Source of the DNA: Bdellovibrionales bacterium
GTDB taxonomy: Bacteria > Bdellovibrionota > Bdellovibrionia > Bdellovibrionales > UBA1609
DNA: 32,000 bases
Assembly (NCBI GenBank): GCA_965247685.1
Contig: OZ252021.1
Location: 1 to 32,000 of the forward strand
Reading direction: 5' to 3'
Under the pieces are notes generated by a model. The model worked only from the letters and a program-made list of their open reading frames with translations. It made no database searches and was not told the origin of the DNA. Of this stretch, positions 8,578 to 18,751 are shown piece after piece; positions within the stretch are counted from its first letter, which is position 1, and each line of letters starts with the position of its first letter. Position numbers and translations under genes: made by a program.

Positions 8578-9275
8578 AGCAAATCTCTCACTTTTTCTTT
8601 CACTTGAAGAAGTCTGTCATAATGAACAACTCTTTCCTTATAAAGGCTGTCTTCTTTTGCTAACTCTAAATAAATGTTTCTTGCTTTTTCCTTTTCCCCC
8701 ATCTCCTCATAGCATAAGGCCATCTTTAAAAAAACTTCTTGATGAAAAGAAGAGGTGGCATCATTGGAAGCCACTTTAGAAAAAAAGTGTAAAGCACGAG
8801 TATAATTTTTCTGATTCATAAAAAGCACACCTAATTGATAAAGCAATGCGTGGTAAACCCATCCTTTTGAGGAAGACTGTTGACTCATATTTTCTAATAA
8901 AGACAACGCTTCTTTTTCTTCATCATATTGAATTAAAAAATATGCCAACTCTACAGACGCTATCCAGTGAGCCACACGATAAGAGTTTTTTGAAAGTAAA
9001 AAATTCTTATAATCCTCAAGCTCTTTTGAAAAAACCTTTATACTCTTAGCTTTTTTCAAAGCAAAAAAACTAGATGCTGCTCCGTACACCTCACCGCCGG
9101 CCTTCTTTTCTGCTGCTACTAAACGACTGCGATAAGGATAAATATCTTCTTCAGCTTGATGATTTTGAAAATTATTGTAATAACCCCAGCCCAACCAGCC
9201 AGAAAAGCCAAAAAACAAGACCCCAACTCCTACAACAATGTAGTAACGATATTTATAAAAATCCAACTTTTTCAC
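8574..9275 (-). CDS. YfgM-like membrane-anchored TPR-like protein
   Basis: N-terminal TM segment YYIVVGVGVLFFGFSGWLGWGYY followed by a helical TPR-like domain. It sits immediately upstream of, and is coupled to, bamB, as in the E. coli yfgM-bamB arrangement. Confidence 0.6.
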   Translation of the reverse strand: MKKLDFYKYRYYIVVGVGVLFFGFSGWLGWGYYNNFQNHQAEEDIYPYRSRLVAAEKKAGGEVYGAASSFFALKKAKSIKVFSKELEDYKNFLLSKNSYRVAHWIASVELAYFLIQYDEEKEALSLLENMSQQSSSKGWVYHALLYQLGVLFMNQKNYTRALHFFSKVASNDATSSFHQEVFLKMALCYEEMGEKEKARNIYLELAKEDSLYKERVVHYDRLLQVKEKVRDLL

Positions 9276-9329
9276 TCTATTTATATTCTCCTTATTGTAA
9301 AATAGAAAATCTTTTCCATTTTTTTCTTT

Positions 9330-10388
9330 TTACATCAATCTATCCCGAGAGTATATCTTTTCATACTTTTTTCGAGCCATATCTGATGCAATTTGACTCG
9401 TTGGTAATTTTTTTCTATGTGATTCCTGCAGAATATCTTGAATGAGAACTCCGATTTGATTCACTCTCTTGTAGGTCTCATCCAAACTCTTTTGCCTTAA
9501 GCCTCGAGTTACTACACCAATGAGTCCGCCGGAATTCACCGCAAAATCTGGTAAATAAACAATCCCTCTCTTAAAAAGCTCTTTGCCGGCTGCATCTGAA
9601 CTCAACTGATTATTAGCTGCTCCTGCAATAATTTTACAATTCAACTCCCCCATCACAGTCTCAGTAAAAACATCTCCAGCCGCACACGGAGAAAAAATAT
9701 CACAAGACTCCTGATGGGCATGCTCCGGAGAAACCACCCGAATATCACCACTTAAATTTTTAATCTCTTGCACTTTTTTTTCATCAATATCTGAAATCAC
9801 TAAATGCACCCCTTCTTTAAGTAACTCTTCACAAAGCACTTGACCCACATTACCTAATCCTACAACAGTCACTTTAAGTCCTTTCAAAGAAGACTTATTC
9901 CATTTCTCTCTCGCAACAGCTCTCATACCTGCTATCACGCCATATGCCGTGTAAACACCCGGATCTCCCGCACCACCGCTGGCATCATTGTAGCCAGTCA
10001 CATAATCCGTATTCTTCTTTAACAAATCCATATCTGTTGAATCACTTCCCATATCTACAGACACGATGTAACGACCTTTTAAAGAGTTCACAGCTTCTGC
10101 AAATGCTTTCAGCAGTTGTGGAGTTTTTTTCTTAAAATTTTTAGGAATTATAACGACGGATTTGCCACCTCCAATATTGAGATCACAAAGAAGAGATTTG
10201 TAGGTCATGTGTTCCGATAATCGTAGAACATCTCTCAAAGCTTCCTCTTCTGAATCAAAAGAATGAATACGACATCCACCTAAACTCACACCAGAATAGG
10301 TCGTATGGACAGCGATGATTGCCGATAAACCTACTGTATCGTTCTTATAAAAATACACACCTTCATGATTGCTATTCCATTTTTTCAT
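9330..10388 (-). CDS. Leucine/phenylalanine/valine dehydrogenase (Glu/Leu/Phe/Val dehydrogenase family)
   Basis: Catalytic-lysine motif GGGKSVVI and Rossmann motif VVGLGNVGQ; the size is typical of LeuDH. The track ORF extends to a TTG at 10427. I prefer the ATG at 10388 (MKKWNSNHEGVYFY...) by comparison with the usual LeuDH N-terminus; the start is uncertain. Confidence 0.82.
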   Translation of the reverse strand: MKKWNSNHEGVYFYKNDTVGLSAIIAVHTTYSGVSLGGCRIHSFDSEEEALRDVLRLSEHMTYKSLLCDLNIGGGKSVVIIPKNFKKKTPQLLKAFAEAVNSLKGRYIVSVDMGSDSTDMDLLKKNTDYVTGYNDASGGAGDPGVYTAYGVIAGMRAVAREKWNKSSLKGLKVTVVGLGNVGQVLCEELLKEGVHLVISDIDEKKVQEIKNLSGDIRVVSPEHAHQESCDIFSPCAAGDVFTETVMGELNCKIIAGAANNQLSSDAAGKELFKRGIVYLPDFAVNSGGLIGVVTRGLRQKSLDETYKRVNQIGVLIQDILQESHRKKLPTSQIASDMARKKYEKIYSRDRLM

Positions 10389-10453
10389 ATTTCCCTTTTT
10401 TGCCTCCAACACCTTCTCAGTATTCAATGAACCCGCACGTACGCAAATAAAAA

Positions 10454-11545
10454 TTAGTTTTTCAATTTTGCAATTTGACTAAGCAAGTCCAACTCTTTTT
10501 TCTTTAATTTTTTAGGAATCTGGACTTGAATATTATAAATCAAAGATCCCCTTCTTCCACCAGAAGCTAAAAGCGGAAGACCTTTATTTCTTAATGTAAT
10601 TTGTTCTTCCGGTTGAACTCCTTTTGGAATTTGAATATAAATGGGATCCTCTTCTAAGGAAGGAGCTTGAACTTCAGCTCCCAATATTGCTTGAAGATAA
10701 GAAATTTTAACATTTGCTATCAAGTCTACTCCCCTTCTTTCGAAAAAAGGATCATCTTTCACTTTAATCTCTACATAAAGATCCCCCTGCCTTCCTCCCT
10801 TGTAGCCCATTTCACCTTCGCTTCTTACTCGAAGACGAGTGCCTGTCTCTACTCCTTTGGGAATTTTTACGGAAAGTTGTTTTTTCTGTTTGGCTTCTCC
10901 CTTTCCATGGCAGCTTCCGCAAGGAAAATCCACTATCTCTCCTCGACCTGCACACATATCACAAGTGGAAGAAAAAGAAATAAAACCCTGACTCCTCATT
11001 TTCTGTCCTCGTCCATTGCATTTCGAACAAGTTTTCAAAGCTTTACCATTTTTAGCTCCTGTACCTTTGCATTGTTCACAATTTAAAATAGACGAAAACT
11101 CTACAACCTTCTCACAACCATAAAGGACATCTTTTAAAGTGACTTCTTGGTGATACCTTAGATCGGCACCCTCCCGACCCTGACGAGAAGGTGCTGAGGA
11201 TCGACGAAAAAGATCTTCAAAGCCGCCACCGCGACCCATACCTCCAAAATTCATCTGATCAAAAATATCAGAGAAAGATTCAAAAATATCGTGAACATCT
11301 CTAAAGCTATGAGCTCCACCTGCATGCTGGAATTGAGTATGACCAAATTGATCATATTGAGCTTTTTTTTGTGCATCACCTAAAACTTGATAAGCTTCGG
11401 AGGCTTCTTTAAATTTTTCTTCTGCTTCTGCACTTCCTGGATTGCGATCGGGATGATATTTTAAAGCTTGTTTACGGTAAGCATTTTTAATCTCTTTATC
11501 GGAAGCGTCCCGAGAAACACCCAGTATATCGTAATAATCAGACAT
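10454..11545 (-). CDS. dnaJ: Molecular chaperone DnaJ
   Basis: J domain YYDILGV...KYHPDRN (HPD motif), a Gly-rich linker, and four CxxCxGxG zinc motifs ([32 protein letters not shown]). Confidence 0.96.
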   Translation of the reverse strand: MSDYYDILGVSRDASDKEIKNAYRKQALKYHPDRNPGSAEAEEKFKEASEAYQVLGDAQKKAQYDQFGHTQFQHAGGAHSFRDVHDIFESFSDIFDQMNFGGMGRGGGFEDLFRRSSAPSRQGREGADLRYHQEVTLKDVLYGCEKVVEFSSILNCEQCKGTGAKNGKALKTCSKCNGRGQKMRSQGFISFSSTCDMCAGRGEIVDFPCGSCHGKGEAKQKKQLSVKIPKGVETGTRLRVRSEGEMGYKGGRQGDLYVEIKVKDDPFFERRGVDLIANVKISYLQAILGAEVQAPSLEEDPIYIQIPKGVQPEEQITLRNKGLPLLASGGRRGSLIYNIQVQIPKKLKKKELDLLSQIAKLKN

Positions 11546-11622
11546 AAAATGAACCCTTAGAAACTACTTTAAGAAAATGTGTGATGTACAGATTAAACAG
11601 TCAAGCTAAAATAAAATTATTT

Positions 11623-12312
11623 TTATTTCAACTTTCTAATTTCAGAAAGTCTTTTTTGATAATTTTTAACAAAAGGACTATTTGGATCATCTTCAATCAT
11701 TTTCAACATCATTTGCTCAGCTACATTAATGCGCCCCGATTCCGAATAGAGCTTAGCAGAAAGACTATAGAGCCAATAAGGACCTCCTTGTTTTGCTGCA
11801 GTCAAAAGAAGGTCTGCGGCTATCGAAGGTTGATTCAACTCCAAAAGATAGTGATGACCAGCATGAAAAAAAACATCCCAGTCGTTTGGAAACTGCTTGA
11901 CCGCTTTATCTAAAATAAGACGAGCCCCTTCCTTATCACCCATAATAATCCCCATTATCACACTAGAGGTGATGTAAGGACGCTTGAATCGTGGAGCTAA
12001 TTCAGTGATAGCATTGGCCATATGGTACGACCAACCTTTATGACAGCTGAATCTAGTTTTACCATCGTACACGGGAAGGCCGTACTCATAACCACAGAAA
12101 TCTGAATTTTGAATATATCGAACCCATAACAAGTCGGCATAAATATCATTATATCCAAAAGTAAAGTACTTAATCACTTCTGGAGGAGAAAAATAATAAG
12201 GTTTTCTGTAGGATAAAAATCGGGTTTCACCAAAAAAGAAGATGCCCACAATAGAAACCACAAAAAATAGTGAAGACACTAAAGAAGATAGAACGGCCTT
12301 TTTGTCTTTCAT
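11623..12312 (-). CDS. Membrane-anchored helical (TPR-like) protein, function unknown
   Basis: AAGGAG lies 5 nt before the ATG at 12312. N-terminal TM segment VLSSLVSSLFFVVSIVGIFFF. The C-terminal half is helical-repeat-like. I recognise no family. Confidence 0.6.
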   Translation of the reverse strand: MKDKKAVLSSLVSSLFFVVSIVGIFFFGETRFLSYRKPYYFSPPEVIKYFTFGYNDIYADLLWVRYIQNSDFCGYEYGLPVYDGKTRFSCHKGWSYHMANAITELAPRFKRPYITSSVIMGIIMGDKEGARLILDKAVKQFPNDWDVFFHAGHHYLLELNQPSIAADLLLTAAKQGGPYWLYSLSAKLYSESGRINVAEQMMLKMIEDDPNSPFVKNYQKRLSEIRKLK

Positions 12313-12440
12313 TTCATCTCCTTCTAACTGTTTCTGTAATTCTACATTAATTTTTAAGATAAAAAAATACTCTTTTTAAAAAATAAATTGACTCATAGTT
12401 TAATAAGATTTTAAACACAATATCAGAAAAAGGTTGAATT

Positions 12441-13787
12441 ATGGTACTCAATTCTAATCCGCAGTCTTCGGAAAATATTTCGATTACAAAGCGTATTCAA
12501 AAATCTAGGTCAAAAAAATCTGCTATTCAAGGGTTTATTTCTTGGTCTTCTCAAAACACATTTCAGCAGCAAGAAGTTCAATCTATGGTGAGTATCGGGC
12601 GTGATTCTGGACAAATGGTCATATTGGATGATCCTTTTACATCGCGCAGACATACTCGAATTGAAAAAAAAGAACAGGCAAGCATCACTTCTTTCATACT
12701 AAAAGATATGTCCAGCCGAAACGGGACATTCCTTAATGGAAATAGAATTTTTCAAGCTGTATTAAAAGATGGCGATCGAATCCTCATTGGTCAAACAGAG
12801 TTTATTTTCTCCTCCCAAAGGTTTAATCAGAATTGGGAGATTTTCCACCGCAGTCTGAATCCCAAATGGAATCAGCAGCTATCTCGAATTCCATCACTGG
12901 CTCGAACAGAATTTCCTATCCTCATTCAAGGACCTACGGGGGCTGGCAAGGAGCATGTCGCTCACATGATTCATCAAAATTCTCAAAGAAGCTCTGGCCC
13001 TTATATAAGTGTCAATTGTAGTGCTTTATCTGAAAACTTAGCAGAAAGTGAATTTTTTGGACATATTAAAGGCTCCTATACCGGTGCTAGCAGTGATCGA
13101 AAAGGGGCTTTCTTAACCGCTCATGGAGGAACTCTTTTCTTAGATGAAATTGGAGATCTTCCTTTGAATTTACAGCCTAAATTACTACGAGCTTTAGAGC
13201 ATAAGGAAATTAAACCTGTTGGATCTGACCAAACGATTCGAGTGGATGTGCGTGTTGTTTCTGCCACTCATCAAAATTTACAAAAAAAAGTACTTCAAAA
13301 AGAATTTCGTGAGGACCTTTATTTTCGATTAAGAGTTTTAGAAGTAAAGACTCCTCACTTAAAAGATCGTATGGAAGACTTTGATGCTTTATTGGAGTAT
13401 TTTTCTGTTCAACTGGGCGTTCATTTTTCCAAGGAAGCAAAAAATTACTTAAAAAACTACAGTTGGCCTGGAAACATTCGTGAACTCAAAAATACAGTTT
13501 CTAGAGCTCAGGCTTTTTATTCTCAATCGATTATCACAACATCCCACATTGAAGAAATACTGGATCCTCTGCATGAAGAAGAAATTACACAAACTCCTTC
13601 CATCCCTTACTCTCCTTCTTTACTCAAACAGATAGAAAAAGAAGCTATTTTACGAGTACTTAAAGAAAATAATGGCAATAAAAAGAAAACTGCAGATCAA
13701 TTAAGTATGCCTCGTACCACTTTAACTCAAAAATTAAAAAACTATGGCGTTTTTACAAGATCTCCAAAAGAATTTATCAACAAATGA
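12441..13787 (+). CDS. Sigma-54-dependent transcriptional activator with an N-terminal FHA domain (FHA-AAA+-Fis-type HTH)
   Basis: Canonical FHA signature: SIGRDSG...TSRRHTRI...SSRNGTFLNG...GDRILIG. AAA+ features: Walker A GPTGAGKE, Walker B LFLDEIG, a GAFTGA-loop variant GSYTGA, FREDLYFRL and WPGNIRELKN. C-terminal HTH: KKKTADQLSMPRTTLTQKLKNYG. Confidence 0.9.
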   Translation: MVLNSNPQSSENISITKRIQKSRSKKSAIQGFISWSSQNTFQQQEVQSMVSIGRDSGQMVILDDPFTSRRHTRIEKKEQASITSFILKDMSSRNGTFLNGNRIFQAVLKDGDRILIGQTEFIFSSQRFNQNWEIFHRSLNPKWNQQLSRIPSLARTEFPILIQGPTGAGKEHVAHMIHQNSQRSSGPYISVNCSALSENLAESEFFGHIKGSYTGASSDRKGAFLTAHGGTLFLDEIGDLPLNLQPKLLRALEHKEIKPVGSDQTIRVDVRVVSATHQNLQKKVLQKEFREDLYFRLRVLEVKTPHLKDRMEDFDALLEYFSVQLGVHFSKEAKNYLKNYSWPGNIRELKNTVSRAQAFYSQSIITTSHIEEILDPLHEEEITQTPSIPYSPSLLKQIEKEAILRVLKENNGNKKKTADQLSMPRTTLTQKLKNYGVFTRSPKEFINK

Positions 13788-14878
13788 AATTTCTCATAAT
13801 TCTCTCTTTTTTTCTTTGTTTGTCACCCTCCGTTTATGCTGAAGTCACTTGGTTTTTATCTGAAAAAGAAAGCACTCATAAACTCGCTTTAGTTCCCTCT
13901 TACCGCAGGTCTGAAACTTTAGGCTCTGTAGTCAGTGGACGAATCTTTGTATACCCCACTCAAGAAAGTGGGCTTTACACTTCATTCAGTGCGGACTGGG
14001 GATTTGGAAAAAAAAATTATGGCTTTAAACAAAGCACTATTTACTGGACTCCATCTCAAAATGAGTGGGGATTTTCTGGTGAATGGAATCGGACTTTTGA
14101 CTCCTATTACAAAGAGACATCAACAACTCGACTGGAAGTTCCTATCCGCCAAAGATGGCTCAAAGCTTATTATCTAGATAGTGGTATCTTAAAAAAGATT
14201 CATCCTCAGATTCAAACTGGAATCTCTGTTGAAATTCAAAGTAGAAAAGAAGATGCTGTTCAGCCTTGTATTTTTATTCAAGAGAATACACAAAAACTAA
14301 AAACCCCCTGCCAAGCTTACAATCCGGTAGAACTGGGAGGCACTGTAGGCTGGATTTTACGAATCGACACCCGAGATAACTCCTTTGATCCTTCTGTTGG
14401 TTATCTTTTACAAACGGATTTTCAAATAGGAAAAGAAATAGAAGCTAAAAATTTAATATTCTTTCAAGCAGAAGGTCAAATGCAGTTTATCTTCTCTTTA
14501 TTTCAAAAAGAAAGATGGTTTGTTAAAATAGCTTCGGCTTGGACTTTTTACAACGGTAATTACTCTCACGAACTTCCCTACTCTTTTCAATATAAACTGG
14601 GAGGAATAAATCAACTCAGAGGTTACCTCAAAGATAGATGGCATTCTGATAAATATTATCTCATGCAATTTGAATTTCGTTATCCTATTTCAAAATGGAT
14701 CCAACCTTTGTTGTTTGCAGATATTGGACACGTAGATGTGAATAAAACCCCTCTTTTCACATACGGAGGAGGAATTCGCATTGGATTACCCCCTTCTTAT
14801 AAACAAAAAATTAGAGTGGAATACGGTCGAGGAAAAGATCAATCCAACTTCATCATTTCTTTTGCACGACCCTACTAA
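13784..14878 (+). CDS. Omp85/BamA-family outer-membrane beta-barrel without POTRA domains
   Basis: Signal peptide [19 protein letters not shown]. Surface-antigen (D15) barrel signatures: RIDTRDNSFDPSVGYLLQTDFQIG and KLGGINQLRGY. At 364 aa there is no room for POTRA repeats. The start overlaps the activator stop (ATGA at 13784-13787). Confidence 0.68.
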   Translation: MKFLIILSFFLCLSPSVYAEVTWFLSEKESTHKLALVPSYRRSETLGSVVSGRIFVYPTQESGLYTSFSADWGFGKKNYGFKQSTIYWTPSQNEWGFSGEWNRTFDSYYKETSTTRLEVPIRQRWLKAYYLDSGILKKIHPQIQTGISVEIQSRKEDAVQPCIFIQENTQKLKTPCQAYNPVELGGTVGWILRIDTRDNSFDPSVGYLLQTDFQIGKEIEAKNLIFFQAEGQMQFIFSLFQKERWFVKIASAWTFYNGNYSHELPYSFQYKLGGINQLRGYLKDRWHSDKYYLMQFEFRYPISKWIQPLLFADIGHVDVNKTPLFTYGGGIRIGLPPSYKQKIRVEYGRGKDQSNFIISFARPY

Positions 14879-15083
14879 TTTCCACAAATCATAATGTAAA
14901 ATAAAATATCTTGAATCGTTATCCAAACTTCCTCGCCTTCCTCAAAGCTAAAAATATATCTATCTGTTCTGTTTATTTCCTTTATAAAACTCAAAATAAA
15001 TCAAATTTATTTTGAATTGTTCAAAAAATGATTCTTTCATTTACTTTTATATCAAATCCGTGTATCACTCATGTTAAGGGAAA

Positions 15084-16724
15084 ATGAAAAACACTAAATA
15101 TATTTTTGTCACAGGCGGCGTGGCCTCTTCTATTGGAAAAGGACTCACCTCAGCAAGTATTGGAGCTTTGCTTGAAGCTCGAGGTATTTCCATTAATATT
15201 ATCAAATGCGATCCTTATTTGAATGTGGATCCAGGAACTCTATCTCCTTTTCAACATGGAGAAGTATATGTCACTCAAGATGGAGCTGAAACCGATCTGG
15301 ATCTGGGACATTATGAAAGGTTCACTCAAGTTCCTTTAAGAAAATCTAATAGCATCACCACAGGCCAAATATATGAAAGTGTCATTTCGAAGGAAAGAAA
15401 AGGAGATTACTTAGGACACACTGTACAGGTGATTCCTCATATCACAGATGAAATTAAATCTCACATACTCAACATGGGAAAAGACTGCGAAGTCGTGATT
15501 GTAGAAATTGGAGGTACTGTCGGCGACATAGAAGGCTTACCTTTTATCGAAACTATTCGCCAAATGCGGACTGATCTCGGCGTAGAAAATACTGTCTTCA
15601 TTCATGTAACTCTCGTTCCTTTTATTGATGTTGTGGGAGAATTTAAAAGCAAGCCAACTCAACACTCTGTAAAAGCATTAAGAGAAGCTGGTATTCATCC
15701 CGACTTTCTGATTTGCCGCAGTCAAAATAAAATGGAAGAATCTCTTAAATCTAAAATTTCTCTGTTCTGTAGTGTTCCTGTTCAAGAAATTATCTACACT
15801 CCTAATGTGAGTGTCATTTACGAGCTTCCTTTGATGCTTCGAAGGGAAAAGTTAGATGATCAAATTGTTCAAAAACTCCATCTTAAAACAGAAGCTCCTA
15901 ATATGAGCGGTTGGGAAAAAATTGTCAAAACTTATCACTCACCTCAAAAAACAATATCAATTGGTCTTGTAGGAAAATATGTGGAGCTGAAAGACAGCTA
16001 TCAATCTTTGCACGAAGCTCTGACTCACGGAGGTATCGCCAACCAAACTCAAGTCAAGATCGAGTATATTGACTCCGAATATATTAATAAAGAAAATGCT
16101 CAAACTGTCCTGAAAGACTTAGATGGTATTTTAGTACCGGGTGGTTTTGGTTCAAGGGGTGTCGAAGGTAAAATAGAGACCATTCAATATGCGAGGGAAA
16201 ACAATATCCCTTTCCTTGGTATTTGCTTTGGAATGCAGATTGCAGCTATTGAGTTTGCTTTGAATGTTTGCGGACTTAAAAATGCATCTTCTAGAGAATT
16301 TAAAACAGCATCAGAGGAACTGATTATTGAATCGATGGAAAATCAAATAGGAATTAATAAAAAAGGGGCAACAATGAGACTTGGATCTTACCCTTGCAAC
16401 ATTCGAAAAGGCACTCGTGCCCATCAGATTTATCAGGTGGATCAAATTTTTGAAAGACATCGTCATCGATTTGAGTTGAATAACAAGTACCGCCCTCTTC
16501 TGGAACAAAATGGAATGACCTTATCTGGAATCAATACGCAGGATAATCTAGTGGAGATGCTTGAGATTTCAAATCACCCTTGGTTTTTAGCTGTGCAGTT
16601 TCACCCTGAGTTCCAATCTAAACCTCTGAGCCCGCACCCACTTTTTACAAGTTACATTGCAGCCACAACAAAACCAAAAGAAGCCAAAAAATCCACAACT
16701 CCTAATCTGGAAGCAACCAATTAA
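15084..16724 (+). CDS. pyrG: CTP synthase
   Basis: N-terminal KYIFVTGGVASSIGKG, glutamine amidotransferase nucleophile GICFGMQ, HRHRFE and FHPEF; 546 aa. Confidence 0.97.
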   Translation: MKNTKYIFVTGGVASSIGKGLTSASIGALLEARGISINIIKCDPYLNVDPGTLSPFQHGEVYVTQDGAETDLDLGHYERFTQVPLRKSNSITTGQIYESVISKERKGDYLGHTVQVIPHITDEIKSHILNMGKDCEVVIVEIGGTVGDIEGLPFIETIRQMRTDLGVENTVFIHVTLVPFIDVVGEFKSKPTQHSVKALREAGIHPDFLICRSQNKMEESLKSKISLFCSVPVQEIIYTPNVSVIYELPLMLRREKLDDQIVQKLHLKTEAPNMSGWEKIVKTYHSPQKTISIGLVGKYVELKDSYQSLHEALTHGGIANQTQVKIEYIDSEYINKENAQTVLKDLDGILVPGGFGSRGVEGKIETIQYARENNIPFLGICFGMQIAAIEFALNVCGLKNASSREFKTASEELIIESMENQIGINKKGATMRLGSYPCNIRKGTRAHQIYQVDQIFERHRHRFELNNKYRPLLEQNGMTLSGINTQDNLVEMLEISNHPWFLAVQFHPEFQSKPLSPHPLFTSYIAATTKPKEAKKSTTPNLEATN

Positions 16725-16828
16725 TTCTGATTTTATTTTCATCTTGTAATGGTAAGCTTCACCAAAGTGAGGGCTGAATCAGAATTTCAAGCGAGAATTG
16801 CACAAAAAACTTTAGCCTTTATAAAAAA

Positions 16829-18058
16829 TTAAAGTTTTTGTAAAAGTTCCTTCTTAGAAGAAACAAGACCTTCTAATTGATCATCATAAAGTTTTTCTAA
16901 TATCTCTGAAAAATGAGGACCTTTTGTTATACCTTTTTGAATCAAATCATGCCCCCCCACCCATGGCTTCGGAAGTTTTTCGTTCTGAAGTAAACTTTGA
17001 TAATTCTTCTGAAGCTTTTTCCAATCACTGAGTGTTTCTTTTTGATCCGAAATAATATGACGAGCCAATTCCAAATACCACGAAGCTTGATTATGAGCCA
17101 GCCACCTTAGTTTTTTACCTTGACGCACTTTTTTTTGAGTCATATCTGAAAAGAAAACAAAAAACTCAAAAACTTCTCGATATTGATGATTTGAAAAACG
17201 AATTAAAGAATCTTTCATCATAGATTTTAAAAGTTGAGAATCTTTCAAACCTATAGGAGCCAAAAGCAAGCTCCACCAAAAATTCAAAGGCTTATTGGAA
17301 GAATCTGAAATATTCCAAAATAAATGATCATATACACTAAAATTTCTAAATAAAATCTCTAACAACTTCATTTTCTCAAAGTAATAAATAGTAGTTTTAA
17401 ATTTTCCATGAATAAAAGTTTTATTCAATTCATCTAAAATCCTTTCTTGAGATATTTTTTTAAGTTGTGGAGTCCATTTTTTTACAGCGTCAAAAGTTTT
17501 TTCTTCCATAGAAAAATCAAAGGTGACAGCAAAACGAATAGCTCTTAAAATTCTTAAGTGATCTTCTTCAAACCTTTGATCAGAATCTCCCACCGTACGA
17601 ATGATCTTATTTTTTAAATCTTTCAAACCTTGAACTTCATCGATCACTTGATGAGTTTGAGTGTCATAATAAAGAGCATTCACAGTAAAATCTCTTCTTT
17701 GAACATCCTGCTCCAGAGTACAAAACTCTACCGAAGAAGGATGTCTGCCATCTTGATAAAGACCTTCTTTTCTAAAAGTGGCAATTTCTACTCCTTTCCC
17801 ATCTTTAAAAGGAATCCAAATCACACCAAAAGACTGGCCCACAGCATGAGCATAAGGAAAGAGCTTTAACAACTGATGTGGCAAAGCTGAAGAAGCAATA
17901 TCAAAATCCTTAGGAGAGAGCCCTAACAAAGCATCACGAACAGCACCTCCAACTAAAACAGTCTGATAGCCTGCCTTTTGGCATTTTTCAAGAATGGAAT
18001 AAACCTGATTCCAGTGAGGATTCTTCTGAAATATTTTTTCTAGTTGTTCATTCATCAT
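16829..18058 (-). CDS. tRNA nucleotidyltransferase (CCA-adding) / poly(A) polymerase family protein
   Basis: Nucleotidyltransferase head GGAVRDALLGLSPKDFDIA, RRDFTVNALYYD and DHLRILRAIRFA. CCA-adding versus poly(A) polymerase activity cannot be decided by eye. Confidence 0.85.
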   Translation of the reverse strand: MMNEQLEKIFQKNPHWNQVYSILEKCQKAGYQTVLVGGAVRDALLGLSPKDFDIASSALPHQLLKLFPYAHAVGQSFGVIWIPFKDGKGVEIATFRKEGLYQDGRHPSSVEFCTLEQDVQRRDFTVNALYYDTQTHQVIDEVQGLKDLKNKIIRTVGDSDQRFEEDHLRILRAIRFAVTFDFSMEEKTFDAVKKWTPQLKKISQERILDELNKTFIHGKFKTTIYYFEKMKLLEILFRNFSVYDHLFWNISDSSNKPLNFWWSLLLAPIGLKDSQLLKSMMKDSLIRFSNHQYREVFEFFVFFSDMTQKKVRQGKKLRWLAHNQASWYLELARHIISDQKETLSDWKKLQKNYQSLLQNEKLPKPWVGGHDLIQKGITKGPHFSEILEKLYDDQLEGLVSSKKELLQKL

Positions 18059-18119
18059 TAATACTATAAAAAATAAAAGATGCTGAGGTCAGCTATTTTT
18101 ACATCATAAGGAGTTTATT

Positions 18120-18701
18120 ATGGCTATTTCACTACCCCCTCTTCCCTATTCCACAAAAGCTTTGACTCCTCATATATCCGAAAAGACATTAGAATTTCAC
18201 TATGGAAAACACCACAAAGGTTATGTCGATAAGCTGAATGCTCAAATTGAAGGACAAGCCTTAGATAAAGCGAGTCTCAAAGAGATTGTTCTCAACAGCC
18301 AAAGTGGTTTATTCAACTTGAGTGCTCAAGCTTGGAATCATGAGTTTTATTGGAATAGCCTTTGCGCTCCAAGTCAAAGCTCTCTTCCTAACGAATTAAA
18401 GAGTGCTTTGGAGAAAAATTTTGGCTCTGTTGATGAATTCAAATCTCAATTCACTCGTGAGTCTTTGAGTCACTTCGGATCGGGTTGGTCTTGGCTTATT
18501 CGAGAAAATTCTGGAGCTTTAAAAGTCATCTCAACTCATGATGCAGACACTCCTATTGCTCATAACATGACTCCATTACTGACTTGTGATGTATGGGAGC
18601 ATGCTTATTATCTGGATTATCAAAACAACCGAGGAAAATATCTTGAAAGTTTTTGGAGTATTGTGAACTGGGAATTTGCTCATAAAAATTACTCGTCATA
18701 A
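18120..18701 (+). CDS. sodB: Superoxide dismutase, Fe type
   Basis: LPY...HxxKHH start, AQAWNHEFYW (Gln in the position typical of Fe-SODs) and DVWEHAYYLDYQNNR. AAGGAG RBS at 18109-18114. Confidence 0.92.
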   Translation: MAISLPPLPYSTKALTPHISEKTLEFHYGKHHKGYVDKLNAQIEGQALDKASLKEIVLNSQSGLFNLSAQAWNHEFYWNSLCAPSQSSLPNELKSALEKNFGSVDEFKSQFTRESLSHFGSGWSWLIRENSGALKVISTHDADTPIAHNMTPLLTCDVWEHAYYLDYQNNRGKYLESFWSIVNWEFAHKNYSS

Positions 18702-18751
18702 CATACAATTTTTTATTTAATACTCTAAGATATTATTGGTGGATTGAAGGT

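Noticed and set aside
10454-11545. dnaJ without adjacent dnaK/grpE as a possible anomaly
   Set aside because: Separation of dnaJ from dnaK is common in many bacterial lineages, so this is not noteworthy by itself.
6438-11913. Antisense ORFs inside larger genes (6438..6629, 6688..6876, 7129..7488, 8124..8414, 8846..9049, 9074..9445, 9944..10135, 10667..11086, 11581..11913)
   Set aside because: Each lies opposite a longer ORF with clear family motifs or signal peptides. Their products are low-complexity or Leu/Phe/Ser-rich, as expected from antisense reading, and I found no RBS for them.
16723-16786. 10-bp inverted repeat between pyrG and the cca-family gene, considered as a bidirectional intrinsic terminator
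   Set aside because: The loop is 44 nt and neither arm is followed by a T-tract, so it is not a canonical Rho-independent terminator. It is kept only as a low-interest repeat observation.
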